DNA of 64,000 nucleotides from positions 248,239 through 312,238 of the IMG/VR virus record IMGVR_UViG_3300045988_155520; one strand, given 5' to 3'. The DNA comes from a virus. Positions 37,595-45,837 of this stretch are shown here, in pieces (positions within the stretch are counted from its first letter, which is position 1; the number at the start of each line of letters is the position of its first letter). A program made the position numbers and the translations under genes. The notes beneath the pieces were generated by a model. It worked only from the letters and a program-made list of their open reading frames with translations, searched no databases and was not told the DNA's origin.

Positions 37595-37690
37595 GGGTCT
37601 GTATAAGTGACTGATATATAAGTGTTTATATTGAAAATAAAATTCAAAAAACAGCCTTTATCAATCAGTTTTACATCTCTTCTATTCATT
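37595..37690 (-). other. conserved ~95-nt leader/scaffold-like segment of module A
   Basis: The ~45 nt nearest the repeat (tctgtataagtgactgatatataagtgtttatattgaaaataaaa) are almost identical to 44180-44225 and recognisably related to 59597-59640. Confidence 0.6.
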
Positions 37691-38914
37691 TTTATTTTTA
37701 AAATATTCTCTAAAATTGAAAGCGCAATGTTCGTCTGATGTATATTCCATTATATCTCCAATTGTATATGTATCTTGGATTGGTTTTGGTAGAACTTTAT
37801 AAAGAGTATTAAAAGTTTCAGTTGAACTTAAACCTGTGATGTTTTGAAAACACTCTGATATATCTGAAATAGAAAGACGATTTGCTTGTGTATAATATTT
37901 GTAGTCGTGGACATATCTTCTCTTACGTACTTGGTTCAGATTGCTCTTCGCTTCTTCCATAGTTTCACCTTTTCCCCAATTATCATTTTCATCAGTTATA
38001 ACAATGTATTCTTTATTATTGTAAAAATGTCTTACTTTAAACACATTATTATTTTGTTCAATTATTTCACTGAAAAACCCATTATAATCATTATTAAAAT
38101 ATTCTTTTCCATTAATTTTCCATGTAACTCCTAAATCTTTTAATACCCACAATTCTCTATTTTCTCTACTAAAGTGTTCATATTGTGAATTACGTTTAGG
38201 TTTGAATAACCAAGGTTTATCTACAATCAATTTACGTGTTGGACACTTAAATAATGATAGGTCCCGTAAACTTTCGGGAGTTCCTTTTATAGAATCTATA
38301 GCAAGAAATTCTTCTGGGAAACGAATCCTATTATTAGGTAAAATTATATTTCTACAGATTAATCCATTTTGTAACTCACTTATATTACTCTCTGATAAAT
38401 CAATCGTATCGTACACAACTAAGTTTTCTGGAAGTTTATTCAAAGTCCCACTTTTTATAATTAGACTTCCTTTAATAATTAAATTTTTGGGTATTTCTTC
38501 AATAGATACATTATCAATAGATAAAGTTCCATTTATTTCGGTCCAGTCAGGTAATACTCTTAATGGCAAAAATGATAAATTGACACTTCCGTTTAATTTT
38601 AAGTTTGTTGGTAATGAAGTTATATAACAATATGAAATAGTGGTAACTCCGTTAAATGTTGTATGCTTACCAATCAATAGAATTTCACAACATTCAATAC
38701 AAATATCATCTCTCACATATTGGTTATCTGGAAGAAATACTAATCGGCACAACTTGATAGTTAAACAACCATTGATAGTTAAGTTGTTCGGTAGCCAAAC
38801 TTCATTTTTATGAGTAATCGTTATATCCCCATCACAAATGAAGCGTTCATCAATATATTGAAGTTCTTTATTATATTCTTCTTTGAATTTAAGTATAATT
38901 TCACTATTCGTCAT
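37682..38914 (-). CDS. divergent 20-residue LRR protein with related C-terminal domain
   Basis: LPxNLxIxGxLxI-type repeats. The C-terminal ...ITDENDNWGKGETMEEAKSNL...DTYTIGDIMEYT aligns with LITDGEGHWSHGATLAEAKSDL...EKYTIREIIKLT of 10068..11537. Confidence 0.65.
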   Translation of the reverse strand: MTNSEIILKFKEEYNKELQYIDERFICDGDITITHKNEVWLPNNLTINGCLTIKLCRLVFLPDNQYVRDDICIECCEILLIGKHTTFNGVTTISYCYITSLPTNLKLNGSVNLSFLPLRVLPDWTEINGTLSIDNVSIEEIPKNLIIKGSLIIKSGTLNKLPENLVVYDTIDLSESNISELQNGLICRNIILPNNRIRFPEEFLAIDSIKGTPESLRDLSLFKCPTRKLIVDKPWLFKPKRNSQYEHFSRENRELWVLKDLGVTWKINGKEYFNNDYNGFFSEIIEQNNNVFKVRHFYNNKEYIVITDENDNWGKGETMEEAKSNLNQVRKRRYVHDYKYYTQANRLSISDISECFQNITGLSSTETFNTLYKVLPKPIQDTYTIGDIMEYTSDEHCAFNFREYFKNKNE

Positions 38915-38919
38915 ACTCT

Positions 38920-39216
38920 TTAATATAAATCTTCAGAAAACAAACGTTTAACTTGCTCTCTTATTTGACCTGACTCGTATGCCATTTTAGCTGCTTTCTC
39001 TCTATTTACAAAACGTCCACAAGATGTGATAAACCCTTGTATAGTTTTATATTCTTTCTCATCATTTCTATGTTTATTATTAGTAGGAAAAACACCAATA
39101 ATATTATAATGTCTGAAACCGCAGATAACAAACCCACTATCCACACCGTAAATTTCTTGATGTGGATAGCGCTTTCCGTCATCATACCAAATAGCAGCGC
39201 AAAGTATTGTCTCCAT
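38920..39216 (-). CDS. hypothetical protein
   Basis: ORF track. Confidence 0.5.
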   Translation of the reverse strand: METILCAAIWYDDGKRYPHQEIYGVDSGFVICGFRHYNIIGVFPTNNKHRNDEKEYKTIQGFITSCGRFVNREKAAKMAYESGQIREQVKRLFSEDLY

Positions 39217-39371
39217 TACAACAAGTTGTACGCTTTACATAAAATTTCTGCATCTTCTTTATACTGTTTTAGCACATCTTCAGGAATATCTATTGGGCTC
39301 TTACCTTTTCTAATTGCCCACGAACTCACAAAGTGTAAAGTTGCAATGAAAATTTGTTGTTCTTGTGTCAT
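39216..39371 (-). CDS. 51-aa hypothetical protein (not in ORF track)
   Basis: Hand translation gives MTQEQQIFIATLHFVSSWAIRKGKSPIDIPEDVLKQYKEDAEILCKAYNLL. It has a TAATG stop/start overlap with 38920..39216. Confidence 0.4.
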   Translation of the reverse strand: MTQEQQIFIATLHFVSSWAIRKGKSPIDIPEDVLKQYKEDAEILCKAYNLL

Positions 39372-39392
39372 ATATTATCTTATTTTTATTTT

Positions 39393-39857
39393 TTAACATG
39401 TAAAATAAACGCAAAAGAATCTATCCATTCGAAGACCAGTATCTAATGGAAGAAGCAAATATCCATAATAGCTATCTTCCCATTGAGTTCTTTGATATAC
39501 TCCCATGCCATCTTGGTACTCGAAAAGTACATCCTCAAGTTTATCATTTGCTTCCAAATCTTTTTTTGAAATTCTAAAGCATAAACGATTATCCTTGATT
39601 ACATGATTTACATTCACATATCCAAGAGAATAGAGGGTATCAATATTGTCAGAACTAATCATGTCACATAAAGCCATGATATCGAATGTTATATGATGTT
39701 CTGAGAGAAATCGGATAACTTCCTTGTATACACCCATCATGTCTTTTTCAGTACTGGTATAAACGAAGTTGTTCTCTTTATCCTCATCTAAAACGATACA
39801 CAAATCATCGTCATCATTATATTTATCTAAAAATTTTATAATTTCTTTCTTTGTCAT
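39393..39857 (-). CDS. hypothetical protein
   Basis: ORF track. Confidence 0.5.
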   Translation of the reverse strand: MTKKEIIKFLDKYNDDDDLCIVLDEDKENNFVYTSTEKDMMGVYKEVIRFLSEHHITFDIMALCDMISSDNIDTLYSLGYVNVNHVIKDNRLCFRISKKDLEANDKLEDVLFEYQDGMGVYQRTQWEDSYYGYLLLPLDTGLRMDRFFCVYFTC

Positions 39858-39874
39858 AACTTTTAATTTTTCAT

Positions 39875-41020
39875 TTAATTCGTTAATTCTATAATTTCTT
39901 TAATTGTATATTCGTCTTTAATTGGTAATGATACGTCGTTATTGATTTTTAAATAATGTTTAAACATTCCAAATATTGCTTTGGCAGTATCAAGTGCAAC
40001 TTTCGTATTAGCACAAAAATACATGGTCTTCCAAAATGTATTTTGAAAAGAAAATCTTATTAACTGTAGTTTAGCATCTGTTAAGTCCTTACCGCAAACA
40101 AATGCTTCATCTTCAATGTGGATAATACAGAAATTTCTCTTGGTATTTACAACACTTTCGCAATAATACACATTTCCATACTTCTTGATAATTTCTAATA
40201 TTCTGCCATTAAAATATATGTATTCTTTATCATACATTTCCCAAATATGAGTTTTTTTCTTCTCTATCAAAATAGGTAAACCCATACAAATATTAGCTCT
40301 ATACCCCTCGTAAATAGGATGCTCGTAGAAGCCATTATCAGGGATAGCAATGTTCTGACATGGATGTTTCTTAAAATCTAATTTATCTAACGTCTCATAC
40401 TTACCACCTATCTCATTTGTAACAATATACTCGTCTGGGAAAGTTACTACGTTATCTGGTAGAATAATCCTTTCACAGATAAGTCCATTTTGTATTCTAT
40501 TAATTGTGCTGTGCTGGAGATAAATACTATGACCAACTCTTAGATTTAATGGAAGTTCTTTAATAGAGTTACTTTCTATCCTAAAATCATCTCTAATTAT
40601 TAAATTGTCAGGTAATGAGGAGATGTTCGTATTTATCATATACAAACTTCCTTTTACAACTAATGGTAAAGTAAATGTATTAAATTGAACATTGTTTACT
40701 TTAACACCTCCATTAAGTTTAACAGATGAAGGAATACTAATATCGTAACAATATTTTAAAATTAAATCTTTATCTATTTGTGTAGACTCGTCGAATGTAA
40801 TATTATTGGAATTACCTATAAATAAATCACCTGTCACATGAAGATTAGCTGGTAATACTATGTTACTACAGTTATTTATATGCAATTCTTTGATAAATAA
40901 ATTGTCGGGCAATATTACCCCCTCTTTATTTTCTATAGTTACTTTACTTGTTCCGTCATGTTGTTTCAATAGCATAACATAATCGCTACTAACTTGAACA
41001 TTATCTTTTTCTTTCATCAT
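39875..41020 (-). CDS. divergent 20-residue LRR protein
   Basis: LPxNLxxxGxLxI-type repeats and C-terminal DEYTIKEIIELT. The start is moved to the ATG at 41020 because a -7 box TATATTTG (41046-41053) lies inside the track ORF. Confidence 0.6.
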   Translation of the reverse strand: MMKEKDNVQVSSDYVMLLKQHDGTSKVTIENKEGVILPDNLFIKELHINNCSNIVLPANLHVTGDLFIGNSNNITFDESTQIDKDLILKYCYDISIPSSVKLNGGVKVNNVQFNTFTLPLVVKGSLYMINTNISSLPDNLIIRDDFRIESNSIKELPLNLRVGHSIYLQHSTINRIQNGLICERIILPDNVVTFPDEYIVTNEIGGKYETLDKLDFKKHPCQNIAIPDNGFYEHPIYEGYRANICMGLPILIEKKKTHIWEMYDKEYIYFNGRILEIIKKYGNVYYCESVVNTKRNFCIIHIEDEAFVCGKDLTDAKLQLIRFSFQNTFWKTMYFCANTKVALDTAKAIFGMFKHYLKINNDVSLPIKDEYTIKEIIELTN

Positions 41021-41088
41021 AACATTATTATTATTAAATTCTCTGCAAATATACAAAGAAAATAATAATTATTAGAAAATAATGTGTT

Positions 41089-41128
41089 AAAAAATAAAAA
41101 AGAGAGAATAATAAAAATATTCTCTCTC
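41089..41128 (-). terminator. hairpin + T-run terminator after 41135..41857
   Basis: agagagaata-8 nt-tattctctct followed on the minus strand by a T-run. Confidence 0.6.
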
Positions 41129-41134
41129 TTAATA

Positions 41135-41857
41135 CTATACAGCTTTCATTATAAAATCTAATGCATCAACCATTAAACTACGTTTATATTCTTCTGTTTC
41201 TTTGAAGTTGCCCGTAAGACGAATAGTTCTATCATTAGCAATCCATTCGAAGTTAACCCACCGATGTTCGTTAGTAAGACGTTGTGAAACCATGAGGAAT
41301 AAAATTTCCCAATCAGCCTTGTTTATATTATCCAACTTAACAGAATGATTGTCTGATGTAAACAACTGTTGAATAATCTTATTAATAGTTGAATCAAGTG
41401 TTACATCAAAATTAAAGTGTTTAAACTTTAAAGTTTGATTGTGAGGAAGCCATGTAATATTCTCTTCTGGAATATTATATTCTCTCTTCAATCTATTTGC
41501 TAATCTGCGACTAACTTCATGATGTCTATTATGTCCAGTTTTAAATATAATATAATTTTGAGTATAAGTTGGATGTTCTGTAATATTATCAACTTCTCTC
41601 GTAGTCATACCATTATTACGCTGATAAATTTTAAGTAATTCTATCTCAAGTTGAATGGCAATTTCTGCATATCCCAATTTCTTAAGACTATCACAATAGC
41701 ATTTAATAACTGATGGTAAGTATTGATAATCACAGTTATTAAGTAACTCTTTGAAGAAATCTACATTTAAATTAGATTTACAACATTCTTTCTTTGGTTC
41801 ATTTTCTTGAGAATCATTAAACTCGTCAGTAAACATTATAACATTAATTTTTTCCAT
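41135..41857 (-). CDS. hypothetical protein
   Basis: ORF track. Confidence 0.5.
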   Translation of the reverse strand: MEKINVIMFTDEFNDSQENEPKKECCKSNLNVDFFKELLNNCDYQYLPSVIKCYCDSLKKLGYAEIAIQLEIELLKIYQRNNGMTTREVDNITEHPTYTQNYIIFKTGHNRHHEVSRRLANRLKREYNIPEENITWLPHNQTLKFKHFNFDVTLDSTINKIIQQLFTSDNHSVKLDNINKADWEILFLMVSQRLTNEHRWVNFEWIANDRTIRLTGNFKETEEYKRSLMVDALDFIMKAV

Positions 41858-41869
41858 ATATTTTTTGTT

Positions 41870-42535
41870 TTATAAAATGATATCACCACACATATTGCCT
41901 GCAATCTTATCAAAGGCACTTCTATGTAACATTATACCAATAGGTTTTTCTTTTAAATGCTTAGAGTAATAGAATTTTATTTCTGAACTCTTTTTATTAT
42001 CTCCACGAATATTTACCCATTGGTTATATTTTAAACCGTCACGTAGTCTTATAATAGCTGCTTGACGGTTTATTGTTTCTTTATCCCATCCGATTGCATT
42101 CAAGTAGTTAAGTAAATTAGTTTTCTTAACAAAAGCATAATGTATTTGTTTTATATTACTACTTGTTATTTTAGTATAATCATATTTAAACTCGTTGGGT
42201 AGTTTTGGAATGTCGGCTTTATCTATCCATAGAAATACAAAGTGAGTTGTTTTTTTAGAATCATCCAACAGCCAACCTAATCCATTAGGGTTATTTAAGC
42301 TACTCACTTCTAAAGCAAAACTATCAAGATGTATGTTAGCAAAATGTATAGCTGCTTTTTCATCTACATATAATTTCTTATCACTTACATCTACTATGAA
42401 ATCATAGCCTTGTAGCTGCTCTTGCTTATCATCTGTACGTGTGACATTTAATTTAAGTTTGGGATATAAATATTTGTCTGTAAAGTCAGCCACTTCACGT
42501 TCAATATTCATATCATCTTTTCTTTTACTTTGCAT
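41870..42535 (-). CDS. possible PD-(D/E)XK nuclease-fold protein
   Basis: GYDFIVD...LYVDEKA resembles a D...(D/E)xK motif. Weak. Confidence 0.3.
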   Translation of the reverse strand: MQSKRKDDMNIEREVADFTDKYLYPKLKLNVTRTDDKQEQLQGYDFIVDVSDKKLYVDEKAAIHFANIHLDSFALEVSSLNNPNGLGWLLDDSKKTTHFVFLWIDKADIPKLPNEFKYDYTKITSSNIKQIHYAFVKKTNLLNYLNAIGWDKETINRQAAIIRLRDGLKYNQWVNIRGDNKKSSEIKFYYSKHLKEKPIGIMLHRSAFDKIAGNMCGDIIL

Positions 42536-42760
42536 TTATCGGTTGATATTTTGCACAATTATTTGCCAGTTTAATTCCATCACACATTGTATTATGAGAA
42601 TAAGCTATGGCACAGCTGTTTTGATAAAGACATGTTCTACATTTATCTATCATTATCTTTAAGAGTTTGTATCTTTCTATAAAATGTTGGATTAACATAT
42701 TTGTGGAATAATTTATCTATTTTATCTTTCTGAATATTGAAAATTAATGGGATATTTTTA

Positions 42761-43144
42761 TTACTGATATTTATCATAATCAATCTTTTTTAAATTAAAT
42801 AACATTGCAAGTTTTTCGGCTTCTTGTAATGCTTCTTCGTATGTATCAAAATAAACATATTTTCTTGCATAATCATAATTACCATATCTAAATTTGATAT
42901 ATGGTTTTTGAATAACACATTTCTTCTCTGTATCAATCAAGCAATGATGTATATCTTTTAATCCTTCTTCAGTATAGGTATCAAGTCCATCCCAGAATAA
43001 CCATTCAGATGAAACTTTTTTGAAAAAATTAATACCAAATAATTTAATCCCAGTTACTTTACCAGGGTATGACTTGCATCTAAAATGAGTGACTTCTACT
43101 TCTTTAACCACTTCCAATTCTAATATCTCTTTAATATAACGCAT
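42761..43144 (-). CDS. hypothetical protein
   Basis: ORF track. Confidence 0.45.
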   Translation of the reverse strand: MRYIKEILELEVVKEVEVTHFRCKSYPGKVTGIKLFGINFFKKVSSEWLFWDGLDTYTEEGLKDIHHCLIDTEKKCVIQKPYIKFRYGNYDYARKYVYFDTYEEALQEAEKLAMLFNLKKIDYDKYQ

Positions 43145-43395
43145 TATTCTATATTTTTAATTTGATTATCAACGAAGATTTGTCCACGTGTTAAATATAA
43201 TGGTTCTCTTTTGTCCTTACATTCTTGCCATTTTTCACAACCAGTCATACTACCCACCATTCTACCACGTTCACAATCGGTAATTAAGGGATTCTTTTCC
43301 CATTGTAGTAATGTTGCATGAACGCAATCTCTACATAGTCCGATAACTGTAGGTTCTTTCTTTTTCTTTGTTAATGAAGTTTTTCGTCTAATCAT
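43144..43395 (-). CDS. hypothetical Cys-containing protein
   Basis: ORF track. Confidence 0.45.
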   Translation of the reverse strand: MIRRKTSLTKKKKEPTVIGLCRDCVHATLLQWEKNPLITDCERGRMVGSMTGCEKWQECKDKREPLYLTRGQIFVDNQIKNIE

Positions 43396-44020
43396 TATAC
43401 TCTATTAAATGTTCTTCTAATTCTTTTATTGATGTCGCATTAAAATAATCCATATCGAAGAAAGTATTCTCTTCACAATTTCTTTCTTCAAATTCTATCT
43501 CAACACCTCTATTAATCCAATATTCTTTAACTTCTTTAAGATTACTTGACGGTGAATGTCCAAGGCTAATTGCAGAAGAAAAATACCGTGCATCCATGTC
43601 TCGTTTGTGATATTGTTCGATTTCATCTAACATTTCTAATACTTTTATAGTATTTTCTTTCCCAATACGTTCATACAGTGATGGTGTAGGAATATATTCG
43701 CTAATCATATCTCCATAACTATCTTTCTTATATTCCTTTTTATCACTTCCTGTTTCAAAATCATATCTGATAGTATCTATGTTATTTTTCCATTCAGGAA
43801 TAAGATGATATGCTTTAGCATACTTATTTAGAATATACTTAAACTGTTCATGTGAAAGATAGTGACGTTTAAAAGTAGGAAATTCTTTCTCTTCTTCAGG
43901 GTACTCTTTAGCTTCTTCCTTTAATTTGTCATAATCAGCTGAAGGTTGACTACATCTATACATTTCACGCAAACAAGCCTCTATAGCTTCGTCCAATATT
44001 TTACTTTTCAAATCCATCAT
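43388..44020 (-). CDS. hypothetical protein
   Basis: ORF track. Confidence 0.5.
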   Translation of the reverse strand: MMDLKSKILDEAIEACLREMYRCSQPSADYDKLKEEAKEYPEEEKEFPTFKRHYLSHEQFKYILNKYAKAYHLIPEWKNNIDTIRYDFETGSDKKEYKKDSYGDMISEYIPTPSLYERIGKENTIKVLEMLDEIEQYHKRDMDARYFSSAISLGHSPSSNLKEVKEYWINRGVEIEFEERNCEENTFFDMDYFNATSIKELEEHLIEYND

Positions 44021-44074
44021 AATTATGTTTTATTTATTTTTTATATAATTTCTAAAGGGGTCGAAATCGAACCA

Positions 44075-44176
44075 CTTATAATTACCTTTCGGTATAATAT
44101 TCCTAACAGTTCGTGTTGCTCGGTCTTGGACTTCACCTCTCTTATAATTACCTTTCGGTATAATATTCCTAACAGT
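44075..44176 (-). CRISPR. mini-array B: two identical 36-nt repeats flanking a 30-nt spacer
   Basis: 44075-44110 and 44141-44176 are both cttataattacctttcggtataatattcctaacagt (36 of 36 identical). The spacer at 44111-44140 is tcgtgttgctcggtcttggacttcacctct, visibly GC-richer than the surroundings. Confidence 0.6.
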
Positions 44177-44272
44177 AGACTCTGTATAAGTGATTGATAT
44201 ATAAGTGTTTATATTAAAAATAAAACTCCAAAACATACTATTACCTATCACTTTTACAGCTTTTCTACTCAT
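44177..44272 (-). other. conserved ~95-nt leader/scaffold-like segment of module B
   Basis: Colinear with 37595-37690. The 80-aa track ORF 44030..44272 is its read-through translation. Confidence 0.6.
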
Positions 44273-44285
44273 TTTTTTGATTCTA

Positions 44286-44804
44286 TTACTTTGCTAATCG
44301 ACAGCACAATTTTGCAACTAATCCACCATCTGTACCAGAGAACCTATTTTTCACACTTGTTATAACATCTCTCATTTGCTTTTTGTCAAAACCATTTGGA
44401 AATTCGTTTTTAATAAATTCTACTATTTCATTCTCTGATGGTTGAGGAGGAAGTAATTCCTTAAGAACTAAAAGTTGCTCATTTACTTCATGTACAGTTT
44501 CTTCTCGTTTCAATTTTTCAGCATAAGCTAACTCATCATTAAGTTTCTTAATCAACTTTTGAAGAATGTTTATTTCCACTGCATCAGTCAGTGTTCTCAT
44601 TTCCTTCTTTTTATTGGAAATGTATTTTGTTCTCTCCTCATCAGTAAGATTGTTTGGTACTTTAATTTGCGAATCTTTAATTTCAGTTAAAGTATAATCA
44701 ATTAATTCTGATTTGAAGAGTTTAAGTATTCTTCTTGCGTTAACATTTCCTGACTTGGTTGCATTCTTAATCAGTTCGTCTAATTCGTCTTTAATCATTG
44801 TCAT
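44286..44804 (-). CDS. GatB/YqeY-domain protein
   Basis: Layout and C-terminal ...LKELLPPQPSENEIVEFIKNE...KQMRDVITSVKNRFSGTDGGLVAKL resemble YqeY (...YLP.QLSEEEI...MG.VMK.L...G.ADG..V). Confidence 0.5.
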   Translation of the reverse strand: MTMIKDELDELIKNATKSGNVNARRILKLFKSELIDYTLTEIKDSQIKVPNNLTDEERTKYISNKKKEMRTLTDAVEINILQKLIKKLNDELAYAEKLKREETVHEVNEQLLVLKELLPPQPSENEIVEFIKNEFPNGFDKKQMRDVITSVKNRFSGTDGGLVAKLCCRLAK

Positions 44805-45069
44805 CGTTTTCTATTCTATTATTGATTGATGTTTTTCTCTCACTATATTTGTCAGAAGTTTTGTATGATGTAGTGCCACTGGTATTGGTAAAGTAAATAT
44901 ATTCACCAGCATCCCAGAAGCGGTACACTTTTACACCATCAGCTTCAAATAGAAATTGTACATCGAAATCATGTTTTGCACCATCAGTTTGTGCTGGAGT
45001 CCCTGCTTTTCCACAAGATGACAAAATCAAAGAAAATGTCATCGCTAATACGAAAGTAAACTTTTTCAT
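44791..45069 (-). CDS. small lipoprotein
   Basis: Internal Met gives MKKFTFVLAMTFSLILSSCGK (signal peptide plus lipobox Cys). Confidence 0.6.
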   Translation of the reverse strand: MKKFTFVLAMTFSLILSSCGKAGTPAQTDGAKHDFDVQFLFEADGVKVYRFWDAGEYIYFTNTSGTTSYKTSDKYSERKTSINNRIENDDND

Positions 45070-45082
45070 AACTTTATTTTTT

Positions 45083-45418
45083 TTATCGTGTATAATAATT
45101 TCCATTACTGTCCTTAAGTTGAGTATATGACTGTATTTCCAAACTATCAATGATATGATTATATTGGATTAAGTAGACATACTGACCTTTCTGCCCCCAC
45201 TCGCCTTTACTACTTCGGTATGGACGCTTTGATTTATCCACCTTGTTATAGTTTCCATTGGATTCAAACTTTATATAGCTTTCGTCACCATGCTGAAACC
45301 ATGTTCCAACAATTACTTCTGGATGATTATACTCTTGCGAAATTTCATCCTTATTACAAGATGTGATTGTGAATACTAATGAAACAAGCAGAACTGTAAC
45401 TTTAATAAATGTCTTCAT
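45083..45418 (-). CDS. small lipoprotein
   Basis: Internal Met gives MKTFIKVTVLLVSLVFTITSCNK. Confidence 0.6.
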   Translation of the reverse strand: MKTFIKVTVLLVSLVFTITSCNKDEISQEYNHPEVIVGTWFQHGDESYIKFESNGNYNKVDKSKRPYRSSKGEWGQKGQYVYLIQYNHIIDSLEIQSYTQLKDSNGNYYTR

Positions 45419-45446
45419 AACTTTTGATAAAATTTTATTTAAAAAA

Positions 45447-45818
45447 CTAACAACCTTCAACTCTAATCTTTCTCCAGATTGAACCATTCGAGAAATATAT
45501 ATGTGGATAATCTAAAGAATAAATGTATAATTTATCTCTGATATCTCCTGAAAAATATAAGTATCTATCTCTGTAATACCATCGCCCAGTAAAGGTAGTA
45601 TTTAAAATTGATGAATGATATCTAACATTATACGTTCCATTGCGATACAGACATATCTCTTTATATGGTGAAGTGTAATCTTCATTTACCCACTTTCCTA
45701 ACATTATTTCAGGTGTTGGAATATCGTGGTAATAATCATCGTAATAATAATCTGAAGTGCATGATGTTAATGATAATAGGAATGTTAACCCGATGAATAA
45801 TAATTTAATTTTTCTCAT
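45447..45818 (-). CDS. small lipoprotein
   Basis: Internal Met gives MRKIKLLFIGLTFLLSLTSCTS. Confidence 0.6.
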   Translation of the reverse strand: MRKIKLLFIGLTFLLSLTSCTSDYYYDDYYHDIPTPEIMLGKWVNEDYTSPYKEICLYRNGTYNVRYHSSILNTTFTGRWYYRDRYLYFSGDIRDKLYIYSLDYPHIYFSNGSIWRKIRVEGC

Positions 45819-45837
45819 TAAAAATAGCTCAAGGAAA

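Noticed and set aside
44030-44272. 80-aa minus-strand ORF in the track (MSRKAVKVIGNS...VRNIIPKGNYK...VRNIIPKGNYK...).
   Set aside because: It is the read-through translation of mini-array B. The duplicated VRNIIPKGNYK is simply the 36-nt repeat translated twice. The homologous frame in module A stops after 32 codons and in module C after about 20. Conservation is highest at the nucleotide level near the repeat, with few synonymous-type changes.
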